64,000 nucleotides of DNA. Source: Desulfobacteraceae bacterium. Lineage in GTDB: Bacteria; Desulfobacterota; Desulfobacteria; Desulfobacterales; JAABTS01. This document shows positions 29,901 to 39,683 of this stretch, one piece after another. A program made the translations under genes and the position numbers. The notes beneath the pieces were generated by a model. That model had not been told where the DNA came from and searched no databases. It saw nothing but the letters and a program-made list of their open reading frames with translations. The stretch is from the NCBI GenBank assembly GCA_011389735.1, contig JAABTS010000004.1:3245-67244 (forward strand), read 5' to 3'. Each line of letters begins with the position of its first letter. Position 1 is the stretch's first letter.

Positions 29901-30380
29901 GATTATATCGCCAAACCCGTCAAGCGGTTGCAATTGTTGAGCATGGTTAAAAAATGGCTGCCGTCGTCAGGTTCCGAACCGGTTTCCGGGGAAAGCGCTT
30001 CGGAATCGGAAACCTCCGGCGAGACCGATACGCCTATTGATTACGCTCATGCAGTCGGCGAATTTATGGATGATGAAGATGCGTTGCTGGATATTCTGGA
30101 TAAATTCGTACACGACGCCCAAGAAACCATAGAGATGCTCCGGGTCGCCTTGAAGGAAGAAAACAGCCGGAAAATCAAACAAATGTCCCATAAGTTGAAA
30201 GGGTCGGCGGCCAACCTGACCGCTCACCAGCTCTCGAACATTGCCCGGGATCTTGAAAAATCATCGGGTTTGGGGGACTTTGAACAGGCGTGGGATGCGC
30301 ACCGCCGGCTTGAAAGGGAGTATGCACGGCTAAGCAGCTTTGTCGACGATTTATACAAAACAAAAATATTATATGAATAA
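26985..30380 (+). CDS. Hybrid sensor histidine kinase (GAF, 2 PAS, HisKA, HATPase, REC, Hpt)
   Basis: MSHEIRTPLNG, NLAGNALKFT, DTGIG, GGSGLG, LMDIEMP, SHKLKGSA. Confidence 0.95.
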   Translation: MKSHDLQIQELTCLLEISRLIEDPYQSTDEILQKTAETIPNAWREPESISVCVSTGGNVFQSSGFTESDEYRKFDISVDGEPAGAIELFSAGTGGVERIDRRGDFIASVAGRLTRFIESRRIQEALHRYHDHLEMQMAETNEELKREIEDRKKAEETLKYRNQELKLINQAARSFNSVLDLNKVLETVMEEVRCSMNVVGTSVWLVDQDTGDLVCRHATGPKGRIVESLRLKRGEGIVGWTLVNAKSLIVSDAQKDARHMTNLKGELGMELRSILCTPLWSGETPIGVLQIVDTEPNRFEETHLMMLDALAASAAIAIDNARLFKQARDEIDDRKKIEKILQESEKRYRVTFENAPVGICQISTEGRFLWANPKFGDILDYPPDELKGAVVEDIVHAGDRGRFVDIDTKIPFSKEFRFIRKNGTFIWGRLNSAPVTDADNRVSYSITVLEDISRQKEAEVKLIASKEKYRSILANIEEGYFEVDTGGNIRFINDSIGKILDCPVDAPVGKNLKEFMDAKNAEIVFETFNYVFHTGRPEQGLEFELISTQGDTRYVETSVAVIIDETGERTGLRGVLRDIGDRKQVETMARDKAMAETATRAKSQFLACMSHEIRTPLNGIVGMTELILETDLDEYQANLIHILLSETNSLLSIIDDILDFSKIEAGKLELEELTFDLRKMINGMVTSLAVRASQKGLHLDCELSPEIPDYLVGDPGRIRQVLINLAGNALKFTYEGTIHIKVEVAEASGEQIKLKFFVKDTGIGIAENKTGKIFESFTQADGSTTRRFGGSGLGTAISKQLVELMGGEIGVQSKLNEGSTFWFTVALKKAEPPGSVETGEAASPSHELKSLEDAVTSKPAEEGSGGYRILLVEDAIINQQVAMLHLRNSGYWVDIAENGEKGVNAFSKEHYDLILMDIEMPLVDGFEATKRIREIERNSTQNRPESAGVPIIGITAHAIKECKEKCLASGMNDYIAKPVKRLQLLSMVKKWLPSSGSEPVSGESASESETSGETDTPIDYAHAVGEFMDDEDALLDILDKFVHDAQETIEMLRVALKEENSRKIKQMSHKLKGSAANLTAHQLSNIARDLEKSSGLGDFEQAWDAHRRLEREYARLSSFVDDLYKTKILYE

Positions 30381-30399
30381 AACACACTGGAGGCGCGAG

Positions 30400-30801
30400 A
30401 TGAACATCCTGGCTGTGGACGATGATTTCGTCAGTAGAAAAAAAATGAACCTGATCCTGTCCGCCTATGGCCGGTGCGATGTCGCCATGAACGGCGCCGA
30501 ATGCATTGAAGCGTTCAACATGGCCCATGAAGAAGGCGATCCGTATGACCTGATCACGATGGATGTTCAAATGCCGGGCATAAACGGTATCGAAACCGTG
30601 CAAAGAATTCGGGAATGGGAAAAGCAACATGGCGTCCCTCTCGGAAAAGGCGTCAAAATAATCATGGTGACCGTCAAGGAAGACGCCGCAACGGTTTTTT
30701 CCTCGTTTCGGGAAGGATGCGAGGCGTATGTGTCAAAACCGTTTACAAGGGAGTCTCTTGAAAAAGCTATAGCGGGTTTACAATTTTCAAAGGAGAAGTG
30801 A
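30400..30801 (+). CDS. Single-domain response regulator (CheY-like)
   Basis: ILAVDDD, LITMDVQMP, IMVT, KPF. RBS GGAGG. Confidence 0.9.
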   Translation: MNILAVDDDFVSRKKMNLILSAYGRCDVAMNGAECIEAFNMAHEEGDPYDLITMDVQMPGINGIETVQRIREWEKQHGVPLGKGVKIIMVTVKEDAATVFSSFREGCEAYVSKPFTRESLEKAIAGLQFSKEK

Positions 30802-30893
30802 CAGCGAATTGGGCCGTTTCGCGGGCGATTCCGAATTACGTCCCGAAGAATTACGTCCCGAACCGGAAAAATAAATTTCTTCCCTGATCCGGC

Positions 30894-30922
30894 TTGACAT
30901 AAAAACATCTTTATCCTATAGT
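30894..30922 (+). promoter_or_regulatory. Sigma70 promoter whose -10 is the end of a family A MITE
   Basis: TTGACA-N17-TATAGT. Confidence 0.6.
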
Positions 30923-31030
30923 TTTCCGGAAATTCAATTTTACTGCGTTGTGGGACCGGGTATACATAATTTTATTATGTTGGATGTTGGATGTTGAATG
31001 TTGAATGTTGGATGTTGGATGTTGAATGTT
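30917..31030 (+). mobile_element. Left half of long family A with (TGTTGRA)7
   Basis: A left TIR; heptamers at 30978-31026. Confidence 0.75.
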
Positions 31031-31074
31031 TTTTGATTTATTTGAACGTATAAAAACTGAATAGAGAAAAGCAT

Positions 31075-32505
31075 ATGAAAAATCTTGAAAATCTAAGAGA
31101 CCGAATCATCAACAGGGTAAAAATCAACTTGCGCGATTTGCCGGTTGATGTGGACGCCTATCTTCGAGACCTGGTTTCCCTGGAACAATTGATCAAATTC
31201 TATGCATTTTACGGTATCTGGTCCAATCATTCGATTCATTTTCATTTCAGCAACAGCAACCTCGCAGGCAGTTATTTCATGGGCAGGACCAAGGTGGATA
31301 ATTCGATTATCTATAAATGCGATGTGCGGGGCGATGAGCTGAAAGAAAAAGGGAGCAAGCTGGAAACGGAAGGGATCACCCTGAAAATGGAAGAGGATGA
31401 AACCATCTGGATCAAAGACAGCATTCTGGTGAAAACGCTTGTTCATAATTTTTCCCACAACCCTGAGAAACCGGAACTGTTTTTGATCAAAAGAACCGCA
31501 GCCATGCCTTACGCCAATATTCACGGATCTCCGGTCGAAGGTTGTCTGCTGGAGCCTTTCAGCACCGTGGATCTGACAAGCCTCCATAATTGCAGGATCG
31601 GGACTTACACCTACGTTCAGGTCGGTAAATTGTCCCATCAGGAGGTGGAATCCGGCAAAATCTGGATCAAAGTCAAGGATGCGTTCGATTTTAACTACAC
31701 TTTTCCCAAAGATGTGTTGAAGAAAAAATATATTGCATTTCAACCAGGCAAAGGCGCTATGGGCATGTTCATGGATTTTGTCGAGGACCGGAAAATCGAT
31801 TTCCAGAAATTATACAATGTGGTTCATCTGGATTCCCCGATTCCTGAAATCCCCCCCGGCGCATCGATTAACCGCTACAGCGTCTGGAAGGGGAACAACG
31901 ACATCGGGCGGAACGTTCTTGTAGCGCAACGGGCGTACCTGGAATGTTCCCATCTCGGTGACGGCGCAAACGCCCAGGAAAATTGCTATATCGGCTATTC
32001 CCATCTGGAAGGATTTAACGTGACGGCTCACGGAGCCACCATTATCCACGCCAATCTCGGGAAAAAAGTGTTTGTCGGCTTCAATTGTTTTCTGAGAGGA
32101 AATGACGATCGAACCATCACCATTGGGGAACAGAGTATCGTAATGCCTCACACGATCATCGATTTGACCGAACCGGTCGTCGTACCCGGCAACCACCTTA
32201 TCTGGGGCTATATCCGGAATCAGGACGACTTGAAGGAAAACAGCATTCCGCTCGATAAATTGTCGCGCGTCAAAGGCCAAATTTCCATCGGCGGCATGAC
32301 GTTCAATGGAGACGGGAATGTATTGGTGGAAGCCTTTCGACACCGGATCGATCATATTCTGGAAGCCAACGGAGCTTATTTTGACGGAGAAGAAGAAGGC
32401 AAAGGCCACGCCCAGAAAGGCCAGGATATCTCCTTCAACATTATCCAGCCATATCCGCGAGGCCACCTGAAGGGGCTTTATCCGTCCATCGATATCGAAC
32501 CATAG
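31075..32505 (+). CDS. Left-handed beta-helix (hexapeptide) transferase / gamma-carbonic-anhydrase-like protein
   Basis: NAQENC, VTAHGA, LGKKVFVGFN, IGEQSIVMPH hexapeptide-type repeats. Confidence 0.65.
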   Translation: MKNLENLRDRIINRVKINLRDLPVDVDAYLRDLVSLEQLIKFYAFYGIWSNHSIHFHFSNSNLAGSYFMGRTKVDNSIIYKCDVRGDELKEKGSKLETEGITLKMEEDETIWIKDSILVKTLVHNFSHNPEKPELFLIKRTAAMPYANIHGSPVEGCLLEPFSTVDLTSLHNCRIGTYTYVQVGKLSHQEVESGKIWIKVKDAFDFNYTFPKDVLKKKYIAFQPGKGAMGMFMDFVEDRKIDFQKLYNVVHLDSPIPEIPPGASINRYSVWKGNNDIGRNVLVAQRAYLECSHLGDGANAQENCYIGYSHLEGFNVTAHGATIIHANLGKKVFVGFNCFLRGNDDRTITIGEQSIVMPHTIIDLTEPVVVPGNHLIWGYIRNQDDLKENSIPLDKLSRVKGQISIGGMTFNGDGNVLVEAFRHRIDHILEANGAYFDGEEEGKGHAQKGQDISFNIIQPYPRGHLKGLYPSIDIEP

Positions 32506-32713
32506 ATCATCTCATGTCCGGAAATCGGTTTTAACAGAATTTTCGGCCCGCCGCACATCCGATGAAATCCGCCGGCCTTTGAAACAGTCTATTTATATAT
32601 CACAGGCCGGCGACACTCCGACATTCCATTTACGGAAGGCCATATAGTCCTCCGGGGATGGAATTTCTGAAAATCTATAACAAAAGAATCAGCCTTAAAA
32701 GACAGGAATTCTT

Positions 32714-34117
32714 ATGGAAACGGTAATTACACGATTTGCGCCCAGCCCGACAGGTTATTTGCATATCGGAGGCGCCAGGACGGCTTTGTTTAACTGGCTG
32801 TACGCCCGAAATCGGAACGGAAAATTTATTCTGCGAATTGAAAATACGGATTTACAAAGATCCACCAAAGAATCGACCGAGGCTATTTTTGAGGGCCTGA
32901 CATGGCTGGGAATTGATTGGGACGAAGGGCCCTATTTTCAAACCGACCGGTTCGATCTTTATAAAGAATACGCCCAAAAGCTGTTTGACGCCGGACGCGC
33001 CTATTATTGCCGGTGTACTCCCGAAGAACTTGAGGCCAAACGGAAAATTTCCCTGGAACGGGACGGCAAGGTCAAATATGACGGGACTTGCCGGGGCAAG
33101 GAGCTTTCGCCCGGCGATGACACGGTGCTTCGGTTCGCCGCTGATCCTTCGGGAAACACGCCGTTGAACGACAAGGTCAAAGGCGGAATTATTTTTAACA
33201 ATGAAGATATCGATGATTTTATCATCTTGCGGCGGGACGGGACTCCGACTTATAATTTCGCTGTCGTTATCGACGATGTGACAATGAACGTCAACACCGT
33301 CATCCGGGGGGACGACCATGTCAGCAACACTCCCAAACAGATTCAGATTTACAAGGCTTTAGGGGCGGCCGTTCCTGCATTCGCTCATGCGCCGATGGTT
33401 CTTGGAAAGGATAAATCCCGCCTGAGTAAGCGGCACGGCGCCATGTCCGTAACCGCTTACCGGGAGATGGGGTATCTTCCCGAAGCCCTGATTAACTATC
33501 TGGTGCGCCTGGGGTGGTCATACGGCGATCAAGAGTTTTTTACCCGCGGCGATTTAATCGAAAAATTCAGCCTGGAACACATCGGGAGATCGGCCGGCGT
33601 GTTCGATCCGGATAAACTGCTGGCCCTGAACGGTGAACATATCCGATCCACTCCCGTTTCGGAACTCGCCGAACGGCTGATCCCGTTTCTTGAAAAACGG
33701 GGGATTCATGAAACGCCGGGACCGTATCTCGAAAAAGCGGTGGAAACGCTGGTTCAACGCAGCAAGACCCTCGAAGAAATGGCGGAAAGCGCTGTTTTTT
33801 ATTTTTCGGACACGGTCGCCTATGACGAAAAAGCCGCGGCCAAATGTTTGAAGCCCGATGCAGCCGAACCGGTTCGGGTTCTTATCGAACGTCTCGAAGA
33901 TATGGAAGATTTCGATGAAAAATCGCTCGAAGACGCGTTCAAGGATGTCATGGAAAAAACCGGCCTGAAGCTGGGAAAAATCGCTCAACCCGTGCGCGTG
34001 GCGCTGACCGGAAGAACCGCAAGCCCCGGTATTTTCGAAATCGTCGGCATTCTGGGAAAAGACAAAGTGATTCGGCGGCTATCGGACGCCCTTGAGTTTA
34101 TAGAATCATCATCTTAA
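32714..34117 (+). CDS. gltX: Glutamate--tRNA ligase
   Basis: TRFAPSPTGYLHIGG, VIRGDDH..NT, RLSKRHG. Confidence 0.96.
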   Translation: METVITRFAPSPTGYLHIGGARTALFNWLYARNRNGKFILRIENTDLQRSTKESTEAIFEGLTWLGIDWDEGPYFQTDRFDLYKEYAQKLFDAGRAYYCRCTPEELEAKRKISLERDGKVKYDGTCRGKELSPGDDTVLRFAADPSGNTPLNDKVKGGIIFNNEDIDDFIILRRDGTPTYNFAVVIDDVTMNVNTVIRGDDHVSNTPKQIQIYKALGAAVPAFAHAPMVLGKDKSRLSKRHGAMSVTAYREMGYLPEALINYLVRLGWSYGDQEFFTRGDLIEKFSLEHIGRSAGVFDPDKLLALNGEHIRSTPVSELAERLIPFLEKRGIHETPGPYLEKAVETLVQRSKTLEEMAESAVFYFSDTVAYDEKAAAKCLKPDAAEPVRVLIERLEDMEDFDEKSLEDAFKDVMEKTGLKLGKIAQPVRVALTGRTASPGIFEIVGILGKDKVIRRLSDALEFIESSS

Positions 34118-34123
34118 ACCTGA

Positions 34124-34418
34124 AGTTCTTCAGGAATTAAATTTCATAAGGCGGCAGGCGCGGATTGTTGAATTTTGTGTTCAATGCTAAATTATTTATG
34201 TTGAATGCTAAATGTTAAATGCTAAATGGGGGACTCGCATTCAACATCCAAAATTCAACATTCAACATAATAAAATTCGTATACCCCCGGGCCGACAACG
34301 CAATGAAATTAATTATCTGAAAAGCTATAAATGGGGGAATCACATTCAACATTCAACATTCAACATTCGTATATCCCCGGGCCGGCAAAACACTGAAATA
34401 TTATTTCCGGAAGTCTGT
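34124..34418 (-). mobile_element. Long family A (34124-34327) plus adjacent partial copy overlapping the tesB 3' end
   Basis: Both TIRs and TTCAACA heptamers. The second copy ends ...GAAATATTATTTCCGGAAGTCTGT. Confidence 0.8.
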
Positions 34419-35300
34419 CGCTTTCGGCTTATATCGAATCAACCCTTCCTGAGTGGTTGAAGCGACAAGCCTGCCGTCCCTGGTGAAGATGTTCCCGTGA
34501 TTCAGGCCCCTTGCGCGGCAGGCGCTCGGGCTTTCCATTGCGTAAAGAAGCCATTCGTCCATGCGGAAATCCCGGTGAAACCACATCCCGTGGTCCAGGC
34601 TGGCGACCTGCATTTCCGGTTCCCAAAAGGTGTGGCCGTGAGGATACAATGATGTGGCCACCAGCCCGAAATCCGACGCATAAGCCAGCATATATTTGTG
34701 AACCGCGATATCCTCCGGCATTTTATCGATTGTTTTGAACCACAGATACCTGAACGGCTTTTCTTTTTTGGGCGCAAACGGATTCACCGGGTTCACCGGG
34801 CGAATTTCAATGGGCTTTTCGCAAATAAATTTGTCCCGGATACTTTGTGGAATTTTATCTTTCACTTCTCGCGCCATTTCCAGTTCGGATCGAAGTCCTT
34901 CCGGGCCTGGGACGTCCGGCGTCGCCGCAGAATGGTCGAATCCGTCTTCATCGATTTGAAACGAGGCAGACATGGAAAATATGGGTCTGCCTTTTTGAAT
35001 CGCCACGACGCGGCGGGTAGTGAAACTGCGGCCGTCCCGGATACAATCCACTTTATAGACGATCGGCCGGGCAGGATCGCCGGGCCGTAAAAAATATGCA
35101 TGAAGGCTGTGAGCTCCCCGGTCTTTCGGGACTGTGTAAGATGCGGCGGAAAGAGCCTGCCCCAGCACCTGGCCTCCGAAAATGGCCCCGAATCCAAGAT
35201 CCTGGCTACGGCCTCGAAAAATCGTTTCCTCGATCTTTTCAAGCTTCAACACATCCAGCAGCTCATCCAACACGTTTTTGACGGGAACACATTCTTCCAT
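34401..35300 (-). CDS. tesB: Acyl-CoA thioesterase II
   Basis: FGGQVLGQAL, HSLHAYFLRPGD, RDGRSF, LAYASD, ASLDH.MWFH, QEGLIR. Confidence 0.95.
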   Translation of the reverse strand: MEECVPVKNVLDELLDVLKLEKIEETIFRGRSQDLGFGAIFGGQVLGQALSAASYTVPKDRGAHSLHAYFLRPGDPARPIVYKVDCIRDGRSFTTRRVVAIQKGRPIFSMSASFQIDEDGFDHSAATPDVPGPEGLRSELEMAREVKDKIPQSIRDKFICEKPIEIRPVNPVNPFAPKKEKPFRYLWFKTIDKMPEDIAVHKYMLAYASDFGLVATSLYPHGHTFWEPEMQVASLDHGMWFHRDFRMDEWLLYAMESPSACRARGLNHGNIFTRDGRLVASTTQEGLIRYKPKATDFRK

Positions 35301-35336
35301 ATTGATCGATTCCTCCTGTAAATCCGTATATTTTCA

Positions 35337-35441
35337 TATAGCCTTCCGAAAATTAAGTTTCACTGCTTTGTCGGCCCGGAATATGCGACAGTATTATACC
35401 AGGCCGGCCGACTTGTGAAATTGTAATTTTTGTAAAACCAT
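35337..35441 (+). mobile_element. Family A MITE, short form
   Basis: TATAGCCTTCCGAAAATTAAGTTTCAC...GTGAAATTGTAATTTTTGTAAAACC. Confidence 0.75.
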
Positions 35442-35672
35442 TGTCAATCCCACAGGTTCGGGACAATGACATATTGTCCCGAATCAAAATGACCGGGTGC
35501 GGCCACGATGTCAAGAACAAAAATGAAAAGCCGAAGGCGGAATGCGTCCGGTTTTTGTGTAACCGGCTTTTCTGTTTACCTGATTGCCGATTAATGATAA
35601 AAACGCCGAATGATCTCGTTACTGAACATAGGGTAGCAGGCTTTCAGAAAATTTACCGAATAAAGGGTTATT

Positions 35673-36782
35673 ATGATCACCTCGCATATCTTTAATTTTG
35701 AAAATTCCCGAAAGATGGAACTATTGGCGTCTGATTCCGTTCATCTGGCCGTCACCTCGCCGCCTTATCCCATGATCGAAATGTGGGATGATTCGTTTAT
35801 CGCTCAGGAACCGAAAATCAAGAAAGCATTTTCAGAAAAAAATCCCATCCAGGTATTTGAGATGATGCACGGCCTTCTCGATGAAGTATGGGAGGATCTG
35901 TACCGGGTTCTTGTGGACGGCGGAATCGCATGTATCAATATCGGCGACGCCGTCCGCACGGTGAACGACCGTTTTCACCTTTTCCCGAACCACGCCAGGA
36001 TTTTATCGGCCATGGTGGAACTCGGTTTTACTCCGCTTCCCGCGGTTATCTGGCGAAAACAAACAAACGCTCCAAACAAATTCATGGGATCGGGAATGTT
36101 TCCGGCGGGCGCCTATGTAACTTTGGAACATGAATATATACTCATTTTCAGGAAAGGCGAAAAGAGGATGTTCAGCAAAAGCGAAGGCGTTCCGAACCGT
36201 CGGACGAGCGCCTTTTTTTGGGAAGAACGTAACAACTGGTTTTCCGATGTATGGTTCGATTTGAAAGGCGCGGTTCAGAAAATCGACAAAGACGCCAAAC
36301 GCAAGCGAAGCGGCGCGTATCCGTTTGAACTGCCTTACCGGTTGATAAATATGTATTCCTTGTATGGCGATGTTGTGCTGGATCCTTTCGCGGGCACGGG
36401 AACGACGGCCTGCGCCGCCGCCGCTACGGCCAGAAACAGCGTTAATTACGAAATCGAAGGCGGTTTCAAGGCGCTGATCGAATCAAAAATAAAAGAGAGT
36501 GTTCACTCCGGAGCCCGGCGTCTTCTGCAACGGCTGACCGAGCACGGACGGTTTATATCCGGCCGTGTCGATGCTGAAAAACCAGTCAAGCATATCAATA
36601 AACCGTTGGGGTATCCGGTCGTGACAAGACAGGAATCGGAACAAATGTTCTATTGCCCTGTCGGTGTTCAGGTTAAGGACGATTTTATGTTCAATGTCGA
36701 TTATCGTACACTCTCTACGGAATCATTGCCTTATGAGCTCAAAAAACACGTGAAAACAGATTCGGGAATCGACGATAAATAA
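35673..36782 (+). CDS. Site-specific DNA methyltransferase (beta class, N4C/N6A), orphan
   Basis: VTSPPY precedes VLDPFAGTGTT. Confidence 0.9.
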   Translation: MITSHIFNFENSRKMELLASDSVHLAVTSPPYPMIEMWDDSFIAQEPKIKKAFSEKNPIQVFEMMHGLLDEVWEDLYRVLVDGGIACINIGDAVRTVNDRFHLFPNHARILSAMVELGFTPLPAVIWRKQTNAPNKFMGSGMFPAGAYVTLEHEYILIFRKGEKRMFSKSEGVPNRRTSAFFWEERNNWFSDVWFDLKGAVQKIDKDAKRKRSGAYPFELPYRLINMYSLYGDVVLDPFAGTGTTACAAAATARNSVNYEIEGGFKALIESKIKESVHSGARRLLQRLTEHGRFISGRVDAEKPVKHINKPLGYPVVTRQESEQMFYCPVGVQVKDDFMFNVDYRTLSTESLPYELKKHVKTDSGIDDK

Positions 36783-36829
36783 CCAGAAGGCCGTTTTTTT
36801 TCAAATCAGGTCATGTGAAAGGATAACCA

Positions 36830-37168
36830 ATGCGGAAAAACAGCCCCGGCGCAGGCGGAATCGTCGACCGGCGATGCCGTTTTCATCACGACCGTGAAGC
36901 CGCGGCCCGCTGTCCTGAATGCGGAATGTTTTACTGTCGTGAATGTGTGACCGAACATCGAAACCGGGTGTTATGCGCTGATTGTCTGAGCAAGATGGAT
37001 ACGGCTGAAGGGGCGGGAGAACGACGGGGAATCAACCGTCTTTTCAAGGCGGTCGCACTGGTCTTGAGTTTTCTGACCATATGGCTGTTTTTCCATTATT
37101 TAGGGCGAGCCCTGACGTTGACGCCCACCGAATTCCATCGTGAATCGCTATGGGAAATGACCGAATGA
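36830..37168 (+). CDS. B-box-like zinc-finger membrane protein
   Basis: CxxH..REA.ARCPEC...CREC...LCADC plus one TM helix. Confidence 0.75.
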   Translation: MRKNSPGAGGIVDRRCRFHHDREAAARCPECGMFYCRECVTEHRNRVLCADCLSKMDTAEGAGERRGINRLFKAVALVLSFLTIWLFFHYLGRALTLTPTEFHRESLWEMTE

Positions 37169-38838
37169 AATCAGCGGCCCGGATAAAACCAACCTCGACG
37201 GAAACAGGCCCTTTCAAGCTGATCGATGAGGCCGTCAATCTGATCAAGTTTGCGCCCTCGCTTCTTTTACCCTACTACATCGGAAGCCTTCCGTTCGTTT
37301 TGGGATTGCTCTATTTTATCGAGGATATGAGCCGAAGCGCGTTCGCCGCGGACTATTGTTCCGCCGCATCGCTTGGAATGGCCTTATTGTTCGTCTGGAT
37401 GAAAACATGGCAATCAGTTTATTCGAATTCTATCCATCGCCGGTTACGGCGAGCGGTTGAAAACCCGGGCGTCTTCAAACGATTCCGAACCGCAGTAAAT
37501 CAAACCATCGTTCAAGTCGGCGGTATTGTCATATTGCCTGTTTCAGCGCTTTTTTGCATCCCGTTTGCATGGTGCTATGCATTTTATCAGAACGTCGGAG
37601 CCCTTGACGACGGTTCCAAGGATGGCGTCAGGAGCCTGATTCGGGAATCGATCCGCCAATCGAAAACAAATCCCCGGCAAAACCATCTTTTAATCTTCAT
37701 ATTTGGTGTTTTCTGCGTATTCGTATTTCTGAACATCGCCGTTACGATCTTCATGCTCCCGCAATTGCTCAAGAAATTTTTCGGCGCCGAAACCATGTTC
37801 ACCATGTCGGGATTTAACATTTTTAACACGACCTTCTGGGCGGTCGCTGTTTCGCTCACTTATCTTTTGGCTGATCCGCTAATAAAAACCGTATACGCCT
37901 TGCGTTGTTTTTATGGGGTGTCGATTGAAACCGGAGAGGATCTCGAGGCGGAACTGGAACGCGTCCAACGCGCTTCGAAACAGGCGGTGCCGGTTTTGGC
38001 GGCGCTTTTGATACTGGCCGCTGTTTCCGCTCCCGAAGCGGCTGCGAATCATGCGGCTGCTTCGGAAAAATCCGTTCGCATATCGCCTGACGCCCTGGAT
38101 CGATCCATTGAACACGTTATCGGCCGGAAAGAATATGCATGGCGTATTCCTCGGGATCAAGTCAAAAAACCGGATGAACCCTCCAGCTTTGGCGTTACGC
38201 TTATCCGGTGGGCCGGCGGGATCGTAAAAAAAACCGTTCGCTTTATCGGAAATATCGTTGACTCCATCAACAACTGGATGAAGGATCTGTTTCCGGAACG
38301 GGCGCCTCCCAATAAAAACGGGTCAGGGGTAAACTGGGCAACGTCCGTCAACACGCTGCTGTATCTACTGGCGGGCGTTTTTCTGATTGCCTTGCTTTTT
38401 CTTGTTATCAAGGAGATGCGGCAAAAAAAGGATGAAAACGTATCCGCCGCGGTGTATGCTGAAAGCCGCAGGCCGGATCTGAGTGATGAAAACGTGGCGG
38501 CCGACGTTTTGCCGGCCGACGGATGGTTTGCCCTGGCGAAAGAATTGCTGGAATCAGGATCATACAGGTTCGCCGTTCGAGCCCTGTACCTGGGCGCTAT
38601 CGCTTACCTTGCAGACAATCGGCTGATTATCTCCGCCGATTATAAATCCAACCGCGAATACACGGCGGAATTGAAAAGGCGCGCGCACGGCCGGGAACCA
38701 CTGATCGACCTGTTTGTGTCCCAGGTGAATTTTTTTGAAAAGGCGTGGTACGGTGAATACGAGGTTTCCCGGACGGATGCGCTAATGTTTGAAGAAAATC
38801 ACCGGCGCTTGACGGAGATGGTTTCGGAATCGGCCTGA
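37165..38838 (+). CDS. Multi-pass membrane protein with C-terminal DUF4129-like domain
   Basis: Several TM helices; A.R.LYL...L...KSNREY...FEKAWYG. ATGA overlap with the upstream gene. Confidence 0.75.
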   Translation: MKSAARIKPTSTETGPFKLIDEAVNLIKFAPSLLLPYYIGSLPFVLGLLYFIEDMSRSAFAADYCSAASLGMALLFVWMKTWQSVYSNSIHRRLRRAVENPGVFKRFRTAVNQTIVQVGGIVILPVSALFCIPFAWCYAFYQNVGALDDGSKDGVRSLIRESIRQSKTNPRQNHLLIFIFGVFCVFVFLNIAVTIFMLPQLLKKFFGAETMFTMSGFNIFNTTFWAVAVSLTYLLADPLIKTVYALRCFYGVSIETGEDLEAELERVQRASKQAVPVLAALLILAAVSAPEAAANHAAASEKSVRISPDALDRSIEHVIGRKEYAWRIPRDQVKKPDEPSSFGVTLIRWAGGIVKKTVRFIGNIVDSINNWMKDLFPERAPPNKNGSGVNWATSVNTLLYLLAGVFLIALLFLVIKEMRQKKDENVSAAVYAESRRPDLSDENVAADVLPADGWFALAKELLESGSYRFAVRALYLGAIAYLADNRLIISADYKSNREYTAELKRRAHGREPLIDLFVSQVNFFEKAWYGEYEVSRTDALMFEENHRRLTEMVSESA

Positions 38839-38977
38839 TTGATAAGAAAGGATTAATAAAAAAGGATGAACGAGCAGGGCAATGCATGATCCTTTCTTAT
38901 AAATCCTTTTTTATATAAAATCCGTATAGCTGATCGACCGGCCGGAAAGATAATCAAGGGGAATAATATGCAAAACA

Positions 38978-39295
38978 GTGGTAGGGCCGTCCCTACGCGG
39001 CGGCCGTTCAAGGGGCATTCATAAAACCGCATGAATTTTGGGGGTGGCCAATCCGTTATGGGCCCGAGAATATACCTGTGGTAGGGCCGTCCCTACGCGG
39101 CGACCGTTCAAGGGGCATTCATAACACCGCATGGATTTTGGGGATGGCCAACCCGTTATGGGCCCGAATATACCTGTGGTAGGGCCGTCCCTACGCGGCG
39201 GCCGTTCAGGGGGCATTCATAACACCGCATGGATTTTGGGGGTGGTCAACCCGTTATGGACCCGAACATACCCGCCACGTAGGGCGGGTCTACCA
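38978..39295. repeat. Tandem array of three 98-100-bp GTAG-type REP units closed by an inverted REP
   Basis: Units start GTGGTAGGGCCGTCCCTACGCGGCG at 38978, 39078 and 39176. Terminal CCGCCACGTAGGGCGGGTCTACCA. Confidence 0.85.
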
Positions 39296-39302
39296 TATGA
39301 AT

Positions 39303-39683
39303 TCATTCGGTTTTTTCTCTCAATCCGGCTGCGATATTGAGGTTGATATCGATGATCATGTTGAGTTTTTCCGGGTTTTCCGGGTCGGCCATGATTTCAA
39401 AAATCCGCCGGTCCACAAATGCGCTTAATTGAAGGATGTTCACCTTGAGCTGGTCGGGGAGAGGATTGTCTTCTTTGGACAATGCCGCCTGAAAAAAGCT
39501 CCACACCCGCTGATTGAATTTAAGCGCCGATAAAAGTCGTTCTTTGCGGCCTTCGGCTCGCCAGTCGTCCCGGCATTCTTTCAAGCGAACGGCCGCTTTG
39601 GTCAAAGCCGCGGCTTCCAGCTCCCTGGGCGACATGCCGCCCATCCCCGCGGTTTCATACGCCTCGATCGGATTCTTTCGCAT
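39303..39683 (-). CDS. flaF: Flagellar biosynthesis regulator FlaF
   Basis: SPRELEA.AL, AL.FNQRVW, DNPLP..LK.NI..L..FV, IDIN.NIAAGL. Confidence 0.88.
   Translation of the reverse strand: MRKNPIEAYETAGMGGMSPRELEAAALTKAAVRLKECRDDWRAEGRKERLLSALKFNQRVWSFFQAALSKEDNPLPDQLKVNILQLSAFVDRRIFEIMADPENPEKLNMIIDINLNIAAGLREKTE

Noticed and set aside
30833-30862. 15-bp direct repeat GAATTACGTCCCGAA x2 (and palindrome at 35457-35483)
   Set aside because: Real but isolated; I cannot assign a function or link it to the other families.
32515-32680. Additional family A copies upstream of gltX
   Set aside because: Fragments resemble A ends but are too degenerate to delimit reliably.
38978-39295. CRISPR array
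   Set aside because: The would-be spacers are near-identical, the period is about 100 bp and no cas genes are present; it is a REP-type tandem repeat.
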